Positions 19,599-30,933 of a stretch of DNA of 64,000 nt are shown piece after piece. The translations under genes were made by a program, and so were the position numbers. The number at the start of each line of letters is the position of its first letter. Position 1 is the first letter of the stretch. The notes under the pieces were generated by a model, which made no database searches, had not been told where the DNA came from, and saw only the letters and a program-made list of their open reading frames with translations. Source of the DNA: a virus; IMG/VR virus record IMGVR_UViG_3300027861_000001, positions 32,001-96,000 of that record; one strand, written 5' to 3'.

Positions 19599-20446
19599 TG
19601 GGTTATAGAGGAAGAGGAAGAAAGATTAGGAACCACGCCAGAGAAGGTGTAGGAGATTCCTATTGGTATAAGAATGCGATTAACGATTTTATGAACGATA
19701 TAAAGCATGAAAAGGCCTATTCTACTAGCTACGGACTTAAAGTTCATTGGGAGTCTCCAACACGGTTGGTGTATAACGGAAATCCCATTCTTGTAAAAGA
19801 CGAAGCTGGGCAAATATTCATAACCAACAAAATTACACATCTTGGTGGAGTAAGTAATGATATTCCTAGAACATACTCCGACGCTATAGAAATGGTTTGG
19901 AGAGAATTAGTAACAAAAGGAATAGATTATAAGGTAGTAAATGGTTGGGCATCTCTGAACAATGAGGTTGTTGATCCACCACCAACTCACAAAACGGTTG
20001 GCGGATTGATCAGAAGTTTTGGTAAATATACAACTGACCAACTAAATGAAAAATATTGTTGGTGTGGAACACCTCCAGAATATATTATTGAAACACCATT
20101 AAATTTACTGTGGAGAGCTAAAAGACCTATTAGTTATCTAAAAAAGGTTGATGGTAATTTAACTATGGCAGCTAGGTATCACAACATATATAAGTGCGAA
20201 GACAAAGATACTTATATGTGTGATGTGTGTCCTGCTAAGTTTCAATGTCTTACACAAACTGAAACCTACAAAGGAGAAATCTTTTATATTAATGTCGATG
20301 CTTTTGTAGACTTAGAAATATTTAAGCTATACCCAGCAATGAAAAATAGCTTGCCATGTAGTGTACTGCAAAGTTTTTCTAAGTTGGGAGACTTATCCTT
20401 GACCGTTGCTGAAAGAGAAGCTACAGCAGAGGGAACTGATGAGTAA
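19598..20446 (+). CDS. hypothetical protein with internal tag variant
   Basis: CDVCPAKFQCLTQ. Confidence 0.7.
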   Translation: MGYRGRGRKIRNHAREGVGDSYWYKNAINDFMNDIKHEKAYSTSYGLKVHWESPTRLVYNGNPILVKDEAGQIFITNKITHLGGVSNDIPRTYSDAIEMVWRELVTKGIDYKVVNGWASLNNEVVDPPPTHKTVGGLIRSFGKYTTDQLNEKYCWCGTPPEYIIETPLNLLWRAKRPISYLKKVDGNLTMAARYHNIYKCEDKDTYMCDVCPAKFQCLTQTETYKGEIFYINVDAFVDLEIFKLYPAMKNSLPCSVLQSFSKLGDLSLTVAEREATAEGTDE

Positions 20447-21053
20447 AGCAACAGCCGCACTTTGTGATAAGTGTCCTCTAAATACAGAAGATGACACTGC
20501 TCTAAAGAATATTTTTGTTCCTAGTGAAATACACGACAAGTCTAGCATTATTCTTTTAGTTGAAGCCCCTGGATACTACGAGGCTAAGGCTGGAATTCCA
20601 TTGGTTGGACAGGCAGGTAATGACTTAATGGATGTAATTTATAACTTAGAGCTTAATCGTTCAGACTTCAACTTAGTAAACAGTGTAAGTTGTAGACCAA
20701 CAGCCATGAAGAACGAAAGAGTTATAAATAGAACACCGACGGACAAAGAAATCTATTGTTGCAATCAAAGATTGCTAGGTGAAATAAATAATATAGCTCC
20801 AGTGTCAATTGTTGCGATGGGTAAAGTACCTTACATTGCTTTAGGAGGAAGTAAGGAAGCTAAAGTAAAAGACATAGCAGGAACTACTTTTGATTTACAA
20901 GGTAATTATAAAGTGTTTGTTACTTACCATCCGGCAGCTATAGGTTATAACAAAAAAACACAGCTTGGAGAAATGATAAAGAAAAATATCTATGACCAAA
21001 TCTTAGCAGCAACTCTATTAAAACCAAAAGTAAAACAGTTTAGATTGCTATGA
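20439..21053 (+). CDS. udg: uracil-DNA glycosylase family 4 (Fe-S type)
   Basis: CDKCPL, EAPGYYE..G.PLVGQAG, CRP..NRTP, YHPAA. Confidence 0.9.
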   Translation: MSKATAALCDKCPLNTEDDTALKNIFVPSEIHDKSSIILLVEAPGYYEAKAGIPLVGQAGNDLMDVIYNLELNRSDFNLVNSVSCRPTAMKNERVINRTPTDKEIYCCNQRLLGEINNIAPVSIVAMGKVPYIALGGSKEAKVKDIAGTTFDLQGNYKVFVTYHPAAIGYNKKTQLGEMIKKNIYDQILAATLLKPKVKQFRLL

Positions 21054-21277
21054 AAAAAGAGTTTAACGTTGGTGACAAGGTTTGTATGTTCCCTAACGAA
21101 ATGTCAGCTGCTGGTAAAAAGGTAGGAGTAGGTGTAGTAATAGACACTAAGTCATACCGAGCCGATTACCCATACGAAGTAAGAGGTACTGGTTTTGTTT
21201 GGTCATCAGAAGAATTAAACCTTTGTTTAGGAAATTGTGATACTTGCAAAGCTAGATTTGTTTGTTGGACGAGCTAA
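21050..21277 (+). CDS. small SH3-like protein with C-terminal tag
   Basis: FNVGDKV N-terminus; ends CDTCKARFVCWTS*. Confidence 0.75.
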   Translation: MKKEFNVGDKVCMFPNEMSAAGKKVGVGVVIDTKSYRADYPYEVRGTGFVWSSEELNLCLGNCDTCKARFVCWTS

Positions 21278-21366
21278 ATGAAAAAGAAAAAATCAGTAAA
21301 AGATATAAAAAAGCAAAAGAAAACAAGAACCAAACGAAGAAGAAAGAATCGGTTAGGTGGAAAACG

Positions 21367-21681
21367 ATGACAGACGAAACCATTGCTGAGAAAACTAGAA
21401 TACTTACGTGTCAACTGGAATACAAAAATACTAAGTATTCTAAACCTTGTTTAACATGTAATGATAGGTTCAAATGCCATACAATGGTTGCGAAAGAGTT
21501 TGTAATGACAGAAATGTACTCAGGGTGGAAAGATCATTATATTGTAGCAGAAACTAAAGAAGAAGCACAGAACTGGTTCGATAAATTAGGATTTGAGTTG
21601 TTTGAAGAATATGGTGAATATAATCGTTTGGGTGACGAGTACGGTGAAAATACAGAGTGGAAAGAAATAGATTATAGATAA
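21367..21681 (+). CDS. small protein with internal tag variant
   Basis: CLTCNDRFKCHTM. Confidence 0.65.
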   Translation: MTDETIAEKTRILTCQLEYKNTKYSKPCLTCNDRFKCHTMVAKEFVMTEMYSGWKDHYIVAETKEEAQNWFDKLGFELFEEYGEYNRLGDEYGENTEWKEIDYR

Positions 21682-22312
21682 AAGGAGGTAGACATGTTCA
21701 ACAGAGGAGTAGAAAGTAGGGTAGGTAAGACAGCAGCCAAAATAGATAAGGTTTTGAGTGGATTCAACAAAATCGTATCTGACTTGGAAACAGCACAGGA
21801 AAAGTTCGCTGAAGCAGTAGATGAAGCAAATGTAGAAATTGCTAGGCTCAGCAATGTTGTTGCAGCGGCTGAAGATGGGATCAAAAGGACTGAAAAAGTC
21901 AAAAATAACATCAAAAAACTGGTAAGTTAAAGGAGCATATAATGGTAGTTCAAACAGAGTGGATACGTACGCCTAAAGAGTTGAGAGAGGATGGGTACAA
22001 CGTATTGTTCTATAACATATCTGGTTTCATCAAAGTTTGTCTTATTAGGAAAGAAGGACAGAACTTGGCTCGCGGTATAGCTATCTGTTCTTATTTTGAC
22101 AAATATGATAAACTTGAGGGTGCTAAACAGGCATTCAATAGAGCAGTAGCTGCGTTGGATACTGGTATTGGTAGTGAACCAATTAATACTTTCGGGAGAA
22201 AAGGTAAACTCAAAAAGCGACTTTCTTTAGCAAATGACTTTTTCTTTTGGAAGTCTGAACCTAATCCATACCTAAAAACTGCACACGAACAAGAGCTGGT
22301 TGAGAGACGGTT

Positions 22313-22573
22313 ATGGCGAATAGAAAAGCGGTTGCAAGCAAAAAAGAAATAAGAAAGCCCACAGTTGGACAAACTCTTATAGTAATTGAAGGTAAGGCGG
22401 GTATACCTACCGGAGAACTGGCTCATTTTCGTGATTCTTACAAGCACAACGGTGTAACTCTCTGGGTTGTAGACGGTATAAAAAACGGAACTTCTTTCTT
22501 TTCTTGGAGATTTGTCATTTGTGAAAAACCTTGTGAAACTTGTAAAGAAAGATTTAGGTGTTGGACAGCATGA
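22313..22573 (+). CDS. small protein with C-terminal tag
   Basis: Ends CETCKERFRCWTA*. Confidence 0.72.
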   Translation: MANRKAVASKKEIRKPTVGQTLIVIEGKAGIPTGELAHFRDSYKHNGVTLWVVDGIKNGTSFFSWRFVICEKPCETCKERFRCWTA

Positions 22574-23349
22574 AAATAAAAAAGTATTTTACATTGAAGC
22601 TGTTCTGGACGTTCATTTTCATTTATGTAATACATAATGGTTGTGACTTTGTCTGGTTCACAGTGGGTAGATGGACAGATATACATGTAGCCATAGTAAT
22701 TGCTGGTATAATTTTATGGTCGTTTGTAGCTGCTTTGGTATTGGAAAAATGGCATCATTAAAACTAACAACACCTTCTGGAAAATTGCTGTGGTGGCAAG
22801 TAGTGTTTGGTATCATTGGATTATGCTTATATTTTAAAGTTTGGAAATTTTGGGGAGTAAAAGAAAGAATAAACTTAACAATTTCTATGAGAAAATCTAT
22901 AGGTATAATACATAAAGACGAAAAATTAACTAAGGCAAAAGCTGTCGGGTTTGGATACTTTGTAATCACAGGAAGAATATTTAATTTACTAAGGTATAGA
23001 TAAAACGAAACCAATTGATGTAGTAATAATAACTGCGAGTTGTAAACAATGAGAAAGAGAACTAGAAAAACTAGAGTAACTCTTACAGAAGCGGAAAGAA
23101 AACAAAGAGATTTTCATAACACCGCATGGTTAGATGATCACTGGGGTATGCAAGGAACAGTGATGTTTTACCTTGGTAAGTATTGGGGGGTCAAAATAAA
23201 GGAAGATGGTGTATGTGTGCCTACCTTCTGGACAGAGGAAGCATGGGAGAAAAGAAAAACAGACATAGCTGAAGGTAAAAAGAAAAAGGAAAAAGAATCC
23301 ACCCCCAAAAGAAGAAAAAAAGTAAAAACTACTAAGAAGGCAAAGAAGA

Positions 23350-23853
23350 ATGCAAGTTAGTATAAGAGCATATGGGTGGTTTTGTATTGCTTGTGACTGC
23401 CCAAAACCTGTAGAGAAAGTAAGAGTAGTCAAGGCACCAAATAAAGAATTTATAGGTGTAATTTGTAATGATTGTTCTACAGAACTACACGATTGTTTCT
23501 TATATAAAAAGGGTGTAGAGTGCGATAGCTGTAAAGACAGATTCCATTGCTTCACAATGTCAGGAGCTACTGTACCTAAACCTTTGGAAAATGTTAAAAG
23601 CCATGAAATACAAAGTATTGCTCCTATAAAAACCGACAATAAAAGCATGGGGATTAAATCGTACACAGGACATTATCACTATAAATTAGACCAATCTTAT
23701 TGTGCTTATCCATATAGAGACGACTGTAATCACAGTTGGATGAGAGCCAATTACAGTGGAACCTCTTATACACGGTGTGAATATATGGAATATGCTATTA
23801 AAGAAGAAAAGTGGTATTGTTTGTATGGAGAAACAGTAAGGGGCAACAGATAG
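23350..23853 (+). CDS. Cys-rich protein with internal tag
   Basis: CDSCKDRFHCFTM. Confidence 0.7.
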   Translation: MQVSIRAYGWFCIACDCPKPVEKVRVVKAPNKEFIGVICNDCSTELHDCFLYKKGVECDSCKDRFHCFTMSGATVPKPLENVKSHEIQSIAPIKTDNKSMGIKSYTGHYHYKLDQSYCAYPYRDDCNHSWMRANYSGTSYTRCEYMEYAIKEEKWYCLYGETVRGNR

Positions 23854-23967
23854 GTGTGGTTATCAGAAGGTTAATCTGTTGTTTTAGGTGTAACAATATA
23901 GTCCCAAAAGCATCTTATTGTATACACTGTGGGGTTATGTTAATAAATAGACAAGAGAGGTTAGAAA

Positions 23968-24402
23968 ATGGAAAACATGAGTAATAAATGTTACGAGTGT
24001 CAATATAGGAGAGACCTGCCAGGATCAGCACACTCAAAATGTGTTCATCCTAATCTTCCTAAAGTAGTGGCAGACAACCCTATGATGGAAATGTTTTCTA
24101 TTTTAGGTGGAGTAGGTAGAACATTGGTTACTGGTGGTAAAGAGATAGATTTAAAAACAGCCTTACCAGCAGTTTCTGAGTTTCTAATGGATTCAGACGA
24201 GACCTCAATAAAAGTAAAGGGACACGAACATGGAATTAAAAATGGTTGGTTCATGTTCCCATATAACTTTGACCCAACGTGGTTATTAGAGTGTGATGGT
24301 TTTGAGGGGTGTGAATCTTGTGAACATAGATTTATTTGTGCAACCGAGTCTCCTAAAAAATGTTATAAACAGAAAGGTATTACACCTAATGATGCACATT
24401 AA
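23968..24402 (+). CDS. Cys-rich phage protein with tag variant
   Basis: CYEC..HSKC..GWFMFPYNFDPTWL; CESCEHRFICATE. Confidence 0.7.
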   Translation: MENMSNKCYECQYRRDLPGSAHSKCVHPNLPKVVADNPMMEMFSILGGVGRTLVTGGKEIDLKTALPAVSEFLMDSDETSIKVKGHEHGIKNGWFMFPYNFDPTWLLECDGFEGCESCEHRFICATESPKKCYKQKGITPNDAH

Positions 24403-24622
24403 AGATATTGGTTATGAGGATGGATGGAAAGAAAGACGTATATCACGTGAATCAGAAGAAGAAAGATTCATGAGGAAATGTAAAGAAATTTCCACCAACA
24501 CAGAAAAGTGTGATAAATGTGAGTTTCGTTATAAGTGTTATACGCTAGAACATAAAGAAACAACTTTATTTGGTGAGGATTTAGGTGCTAAATATCAAAA
24601 AATACGTCACGTAAAGAAATAA
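24389..24622 (+). CDS. small protein with internal tag
   Basis: CDKCEFRYKCYTL. Confidence 0.65.
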   Translation: MMHIKDIGYEDGWKERRISRESEEERFMRKCKEISTNTEKCDKCEFRYKCYTLEHKETTLFGEDLGAKYQKIRHVKK

Positions 24623-24636
24623 GTTGGAGAAAAAAA

Positions 24637-25134
24637 ATGAGAACTTTAATATCGGTGAACACGGTTGGTGGGAAAGAGCTTCTATCAAAGAGAAGTAAGC
24701 CAGTAAAGAAAGTAACTAAGGAAATAAGAAGCATAGTCGAAGACATGGTAAGAATCCGTGATGAAAGTCATGGAGAAGGTATAGCCGCTCCACAGGTAGG
24801 AGAATTGAAACGTATAATCGCATTGCGGTTAGGCTCGCGGGAAGTCATAGTAATAAATCCACGAATCGAAAGAAGGGATGCAGACACAGATGTAATTGAA
24901 GGTTGCTTAAGTGTTCCTTATTATTATTACACAGTAAGAAGACCTAATAGGTGTGCATTGATTGGAACTGACTTAGAGGGCAATGAAATAAGAATACAAT
25001 GTTATAATTCATTTCGCGCATCATTAGCTTGTCATGAAGTAGACCACTTAGACGGTATAACAATAGATAGAATAGGAATACAAGCACACGAAAAAGAACA
25101 AAAAGAGGAATCAAAACTTGCTTGGGCAGAATAG
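24637..25134 (+). CDS. def: peptide deformylase
   Basis: GIAAPQVG, EGCLS, HEVDHLDG. Confidence 0.95.
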   Translation: MRTLISVNTVGGKELLSKRSKPVKKVTKEIRSIVEDMVRIRDESHGEGIAAPQVGELKRIIALRLGSREVIVINPRIERRDADTDVIEGCLSVPYYYYTVRRPNRCALIGTDLEGNEIRIQCYNSFRASLACHEVDHLDGITIDRIGIQAHEKEQKEESKLAWAE

Positions 25135-25135
25135 T

Positions 25136-25453
25136 ATGATTGATCGTACCGGTTATGGTTTAGAGGACTTAAACACAGAAAGGTTTGAGAAAAGTAAAAA
25201 CCAACTTGATTTTTACTACCAAAAACTATCGTCTGGTGACAACTTTGTAGTTGTGGACAACGAAGGTGTAGACGTACCTAGTGGTACAGCTGGTAGTATA
25301 CTATATTTTAAGGGGAACGAGAATTGGGTTTGTGAGGTTAGATTGAATGAAGCTTCTGGACGCAAAGAAAGAGGTTTATTTTCTTGGCGCCTAGCTAAGT
25401 GTACAAAAGATTGTAATGCTTGTAATGCAAAGTTCTGGTGCTGGACAAACTGA
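25136..25453 (+). CDS. small protein with C-terminal tag
   Basis: Ends CNACNAKFWCWTN*. Confidence 0.72.
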   Translation: MIDRTGYGLEDLNTERFEKSKNQLDFYYQKLSSGDNFVVVDNEGVDVPSGTAGSILYFKGNENWVCEVRLNEASGRKERGLFSWRLAKCTKDCNACNAKFWCWTN

Positions 25454-25704
25454 TGAAATTAGAGAAGGCTGAAAAAGTATTCATAACAGGAAAAACAGAA
25501 GATTGGTGTGATTGTGAGTCTTGCCAAGCACTTTTTGAGGAAGAAGTAATAAATAGACAAGCTATTGTAGCACACAGTAGAAAGTCTTTCATACTTAAGT
25601 TGTTGTCTGGTCGTAGTGTACATATTAATTCCGTAACATATATACAGTGCAAAACACAACCCTGCGACAAGTGTGAATTTAGGTATAAATGCTGGACTAG
25701 TTAA
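25453..25704 (+). CDS. small protein with C-terminal tag (paralog of 2545)
   Basis: KVFITG..WCDCESC; ends CDKCEFRYKCWTS*. Confidence 0.75.
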   Translation: MKLEKAEKVFITGKTEDWCDCESCQALFEEEVINRQAIVAHSRKSFILKLLSGRSVHINSVTYIQCKTQPCDKCEFRYKCWTS

Positions 25705-25720
25705 AAGGAAGTTCAGGCAT

Positions 25721-25754
25721 AAAAATAGCTCGGTGAAAGCCGAGCTATTGTTTT
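25721..25754. terminator. bidirectional intrinsic terminator at the convergence of the two blocks
   Basis: AATAGCTCGG-TGAAAG-CCGAGCTATT flanked by A- and T-rich tails. Confidence 0.85.
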
Positions 25755-25767
25755 ATCTATGGCGATG

Positions 25768-25787
25768 AGTCTCAAAGTCTCACCCAT
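25768..25787. repeat. 20-bp direct repeat, copy 1
   Basis: AGTCTCAAAGTCTCACCCAT, identical to 49289-49308. Confidence 0.8.
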
Positions 25788-25833
25788 TCCCAAAAATGCA
25801 TGTGACAACAGTGGGTCTAAGCCTAGTGAGTTG

Positions 25834-25907
25834 CAAGGGTAATAGGATTCGAACCTATAATCTTCTCGGTCAAAGCGAGATGCATTAGCCAGTTATGCTA
25901 TACCCTT
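25834..25907 (-). tRNA. tRNA-Gln(TTG)
   Basis: Cloverleaf; anticodon arm TCTCG-CTTTGAC-CGAGA. Confidence 0.88.
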
Positions 25908-25946
25908 ATTTGGTTTTCTTCTCATATCTACACCACAGCGGAATAA

Positions 25947-26651
25947 TTAAATATCTAAAAAGTACAACTCCCAAGTATTGTCTTGTATTTCTACCCAACT
26001 GAAACTATCTTCAAAGTCACCACTATCTGCCAGTAACCCATCAAATTCAGTAGGACAGTGCGAGTGATTAACACATATTTTACTATTATGTTTTTTTGCA
26101 TATTCTCTTGCTCTAAGGTGCATTATACCTACGTTCGTACTCCAATCACCTACATAATCATGTTTCTTATCAGAAAGTGTTTTTCCTTTGAACGGTCTGT
26201 TAGTATGAAGATTGTATAGGAATACTAAAGAGTTAGGAAAACGATCAGCCCACCAGAACAGGAAGTTTCCTATGACTTTATAGAATCCTCCCCATATAAG
26301 GTCAAACTCCCATCCATGTCTGAACATCAGATTTCCATCATCATATTTCTTACACAGTTGTGTTCCTGGTAAATATTCTTGTTTTGCGTTAGAATCATGA
26401 TTTACGGCAACCCACACAGTTGTTAAACCAAGTAAGTTTCTTTGTTTACATGTTTCTTTCAACCGCAACCAAGTCTTAGATTTAAGTATGTTCTTCCACT
26501 TAGCCTTCCAAGGGTCTCCTATATCTCCGTTTAGTACGAGAACATCCGGTTTCTTCTGGTCTACTTTATCTAAGAACTTTGAGATTGGTATGAATCTTTC
26601 ATCTTTATCGTCTATATGAAAGTCACCACAAACAAGATAGTATTTATTCAC
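25947..26651 (-). CDS. calcineurin-like metallophosphoesterase (LpxH-like)
   Basis: GDFH, NGDIGD, NHD, HG, HSH. Confidence 0.8.
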   Translation of the reverse strand: MNKYYLVCGDFHIDDKDERFIPISKFLDKVDQKKPDVLVLNGDIGDPWKAKWKNILKSKTWLRLKETCKQRNLLGLTTVWVAVNHDSNAKQEYLPGTQLCKKYDDGNLMFRHGWEFDLIWGGFYKVIGNFLFWWADRFPNSLVFLYNLHTNRPFKGKTLSDKKHDYVGDWSTNVGIMHLRAREYAKKHNSKICVNHSHCPTEFDGLLADSGDFEDSFSWVEIQDNTWELYFLDI

Positions 26652-27207
26652 TCTCTCACCTCTTTCCTACTATTATAAACTCCTGTAAATCTCTTGGAGA
26701 CACATACCACATCCCAATTTTGTAATCAGCATAATCAACTTCTTTCTTCTGTAAATAAAATTTTACATTATCATCAGTCCTATACTCTATATAATATGCA
26801 CGATTACTATCAATTCTCCAACGCTGATCAACTGGTATATGTAAAGCATTTTTAATTATTTGATTATTAGATATCTCTACATAATCACCACGCCCACCAT
26901 GAACTATTCTTTTAAACCCAATTGTTACCTGTACATCGGTGTTTGTGGTTAACCAAAAGTTGCCACCGTTATGTGCATAGTTGTTCATTGCTTTCCTACT
27001 AAAGTCTTATTACTTCACTAACACCATGTCCACAACAGGCACTCGCTATTCCTTTCAGAGTACCAAGACAGGCATCTTGTCCTTTGTAAGGAAATCTATT
27101 ACACTTCTTACACGGTCTTGAATCATCATAAAGTTGATGGGTATCCTCATACAACCACTTATCACCTTCATACACAATAACCCATCCTCTAGAGTATGAT
27201 CGTATCA

Positions 27208-27396
27208 TTATTCCTCTCCTAAACGCTTATTCCAAAGTCTAATTGCCTCATATTTATTATCATCACTTACGCACGGTGTAACATCACACACATCGCTTCT
27301 ACATTCAACATAGAAAGTTGCAAATCCTTCATATCCACTACCAGCCCATACAGTAGGTAATTCTCCACAGAACGGACATGGTTTCAAGTCATCCAT
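27208..27396 (-). CDS. Lar-like restriction-alleviation Zn-finger protein
   Basis: LKPCPFCG...AIRLWNKR. Confidence 0.75.
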   Translation of the reverse strand: MDDLKPCPFCGELPTVWAGSGYEGFATFYVECRSDVCDVTPCVSDDNKYEAIRLWNKRLGEE

Positions 27397-28548
27397 TACC
27401 TTTCCTCCCCTAATTGCTTAATCAGTGCTTGCCAACCCTCGCTTCGTTTATGCCCCTCAATAAGACCATCAGCTATTATTTTGTTGTTTACCTTGACAAT
27501 ATATTTATAGTTCGAAATTTCAGCTAGCTCACTAATATTCCACATGTGAATTATTAACATATCTACTTCCCACCATTATCCACCGTTAACTTCCAACCTT
27601 CTTCTTTCATATCTTTTACTACGGTTTTCTCCATATTTACAAACCAGTTGCTTAGGTGGTTGCTTTCATGCTTTTGCTTCTTCGCTATCACTCCCAACAT
27701 GCGTGAGCCATCAGGTCGTTTGAGGGCTAGGATGGCACTGATATCACCATCTCTTGAACATTCCACAAGTATACATGTGCGGTTGTAATTCGGACTTCTA
27801 GGGTTTTCTCTGTCAGTCTTAAATGTCCTACTCCCACACTTTAAACAGAGAACATCCCTTATCGCCTCCTTTACTTCTTCATATTCGCTCATCTTTCACC
27901 ACCTTATAAATTGTATCTGCGAGGGTATCAAAATAGTTTTTATCACCATAAATAAAAACACCTTCACACAGATTAAAAACTTTTAACCTTTGACTGACAG
28001 TAAGCTTAGGCCACATCCACTCAAACAGTATATTCATATCTTGAGGTGGGAGTTGCATCAAAACCTCACCGTCAGGAGTGTTGTACGATATTACCTTGCA
28101 CGGTCCCATATGAGAACTCCATTCCCACCCCGCCCACTCGCATAGCTCTTGCCATTGCCCATCTTCCATCAGATACCTCCTGTTATGAAATTGCACCCCT
28201 AAACCAATAGAGGTGCAATCGTCTACCTATCATTCTTGATATAATGCCTTACGACACATATTGTTGTTATAAATATTACAACTGACACCACAAGTATACT
28301 AGCTAATACTACCATTCGTCTCCTCTGTTGTTACCGCTAAAGCTTCAACACCGTATAGTGCAACTAGCTTTATCTTTTCATCCGAAAGTTTACCAGTACC
28401 TTTTTTAAATCCCCATTTAGCTCTTAACCTCCCATTTTTCTTAATTTCTTCTTTAATATACCTTAATTCTGTTAAGACAAGCTTCCCTGCCCAACCAGGA
28501 ATTAATAATCTTTTAGCATAAAACTCAGTAAGATGTTTGTCTTTACCT

Positions 28549-28887
28549 TTACTCACAGCAGACCAACTCCCCTATATAGTTTGGAGGATTGTTTCGATTA
28601 TTACGTCTATCAACAGCTCGTTGTTGCGGAGTTTTGGCTGGTGGAGGTGGATGCTTTTTAATATGACACTCTGGACACAAAACTTGTATATTATCTCTGT
28701 CATCATGACCACCATCCTCAAGGTGAACTATATGATGACATTGCAATTCCTCAACCTCACTACACTCTTCACACTTACCAACCTCTGAACGTATCTCTTG
28801 TAGTTTTTTACTCCTCTCAATACCAGCTAATTCTAATATAACACGTTCACGATTAGTAAGTAGCTCTTTTGGGCCAAATCTATTCAT
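28549..28887 (-). CDS. HNH endonuclease
   Basis: CEEC..HHIVHLEDGG..NIQVLCPECH. Confidence 0.85.
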   Translation of the reverse strand: MNRFGPKELLTNRERVILELAGIERSKKLQEIRSEVGKCEECSEVEELQCHHIVHLEDGGHDDRDNIQVLCPECHIKKHPPPPAKTPQQRAVDRRNNRNNPPNYIGELVCCE

Positions 28888-29711
28888 CCTCTACTTCCTT
28901 TACAAGTTGGTTCCAATCTTCTTCTCTCAGCGATAACTCTTGAGTACGACAATCTCTAAACAAGCTATACTCGTTTCCTGACATACACGGGTACAAAGCG
29001 TTAACTACTTTTTTAAGTTGCGCTTTGGCTACAACATCAAACAGTCCTATAGCGTCTACTTCCCAATGTGGGTTCTTGTCTAATGCCTCAGTCCACACTT
29101 TTTCTGTCTCTTCCTTAGTTAATAAATAAGATACTTCTTTATCCATTTTACCATCCTATTCGATTTTCGTTCTTCAAACATATAACAGTCACCGAACGAG
29201 TTTTGATTCATACAGGAATAAATACACCTACCACAATCTTTCATCAAATACTCTCCCATTTATCATCAAGCCACCGCTTACCAAACTTTTCTTCCATTAC
29301 AAACGCTAACCAAAGTTTCTCACCTGAATCGAATACATTTGTTGGAACACAAACATAAGCCTCATCACAGTACTGCTCATTCATCCACGCAACGAAACAC
29401 AAGAAAGCTGCTTCGATGTAGAAGGAAGAATACACTATCTCATCCTGTAATGCATAATATTGTCCAATAATTTCCTGTAGTTGGTCTTGCCGTGGAAGCC
29501 AAATATGGTACGCATCGTCCGGTATTACTTGTGCAAAACAACTTCCATTAACTATAGTTTTACAACTGCACACTGGACAACCTGTATAATCAAGGTTTGT
29601 TACTTCAAGGCATTTCGTGCATCCGTGGAAATTTCTACTCTCGATTACATACTTCTCTTGTACCTCAGCACAGTTGCACATCTTAATATAAGTTTTTGAA
29701 TTATCCATTAC

Positions 29712-29978
29712 TTATCTCCATTCTACTTTTACACCAAAAACCTTAGACATTAACCAGTATCTAACCCTGTTTCTTTTACTCCTTTCTATGTGATAACAAA
29801 ACTTTAAAGTACCAAAATTATCACCAAAAGAAACTTCAATATTGTGATTTTCTAAATTAACCGACAGTGATCCCCAGTGATCATCTTGCTCACAAATATT
29901 TTCTACTTGTGTGAAGCACCTAAACCTATCTATACACGTATCACACTTGTTCTTTTTTTTTCTCCAAGGCTTTCTCAT
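29712..29978 (-). CDS. small protein with N-proximal tag
   Basis: CDTCIDRFRCFTQ. Confidence 0.7.
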   Translation of the reverse strand: MRKPWRKKKNKCDTCIDRFRCFTQVENICEQDDHWGSLSVNLENHNIEVSFGDNFGTLKFCYHIERSKRNRVRYWLMSKVFGVKVEWR

Positions 29979-30262
29979 AATCCCGCTTCTTTAACTTTGC
30001 GAACTGCTTCCTCTTCTGTTAGTTTTCCTTTCTCAACATCTCGAATCAAAGGATAGAGAACCCAGTGAATATCGACACACACAGCTAATAAGTCGTTTAT
30101 CTCGTCATACAACTCCTTAATGTTAGTAGACTCAGGTCGATCTGGATGCCAATTAAAGTAACCAAACCGTCTAGCTTTGCCAAGAGCTTTGAACACTTCC
30201 CCTACTTCTTCCAATAACTTGTCCTGAAGTCCACCTATATTCTTATAATCTTTATGACTCAT
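29975..30262 (-). CDS. MazG-like NTP pyrophosphohydrolase
   Basis: LEEVGEV...EINDL (EExxE...ExxD). Confidence 0.6.
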   Translation of the reverse strand: MSHKDYKNIGGLQDKLLEEVGEVFKALGKARRFGYFNWHPDRPESTNIKELYDEINDLLAVCVDIHWVLYPLIRDVEKGKLTEEEAVRKVKEAGL

Positions 30263-30282
30263 AATCTACTCCATTTCTTTTG

Positions 30283-30364
30283 CGGAAGGTGAGAGATTCG
30301 AACTCCCAAGGCTTTTATACCTGCTGTTTTCAAGACAGTTTACTTCACCAATAGCAGACCTTCC
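30283..30364 (-). tRNA. tRNA-Ser(TGA)
   Basis: Anticodon loop CTTGAAA; long variable arm. Confidence 0.85.
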
Positions 30365-30367
30365 ATC

Positions 30368-30652
30368 TTAACTCGTCCAACAGACAAATCTTGCAATACA
30401 ATCTTCACAATCAGGACACGGTAGTTTATCTATCTTTTCATGAAAATGCCTTAGCACTTCATACTTTATACCATTCTTCACTTCTTCATGAGTTTCGTAA
30501 CAATTGTTACAATCCCAGCATTCGTGTATCCAAGAGTCATAATCAACTATATCCCAAGAATTTAATTCGTTGTGTCTGTCTTTAGAAGTATAAACCCAAC
30601 CCCAACACACCCAAACTGAACCACAATAGTCGCATGTTCTTAAATTATTCAT
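30368..30652 (-). CDS. Cys-rich protein with C-terminal tag
   Basis: Ends CEDCIARFVCWTS*. Confidence 0.72.
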   Translation of the reverse strand: MNNLRTCDYCGSVWVCWGWVYTSKDRHNELNSWDIVDYDSWIHECWDCNNCYETHEEVKNGIKYEVLRHFHEKIDKLPCPDCEDCIARFVCWTS

Positions 30653-30929
30653 AATATAACATATCCAAGCTGTCAGTCCAGCACGGAAACTTATATTTAC
30701 ATTCGTCACAATTATAAGGTACTATTTCCCACGGATACATCCACACACTAAAGAAGAATGATGGATTGCTGGTTGTAATACTTACCAAATACAATTCACC
30801 TCTTGGTGCTTTAGTTTCAGCTGTTACGATTCTTACATCAAACTCTCTACTTGTAAATGTACCCTGCCAAGTCTCGTCCAAATGAACTCCATTTGGTAAA
30901 CAGACCTTGTCGTCAACTTCAAACTTCAT
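30645..30929 (-). CDS. small protein with near-terminal tag
   Basis: CDECKYKFPCWTD. Confidence 0.72.
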   Translation of the reverse strand: MKFEVDDKVCLPNGVHLDETWQGTFTSREFDVRIVTAETKAPRGELYLVSITTSNPSFFFSVWMYPWEIVPYNCDECKYKFPCWTDSLDMLYYE

Positions 30930-30933
30930 TTTG

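Noticed and set aside
30283-30364. tRNA with TGA anticodon as tRNA-Sec or opal suppressor
   Set aside because: Anticodon TGA reads UCA (Ser); Sec requires a TCA anticodon and a longer acceptor stem.
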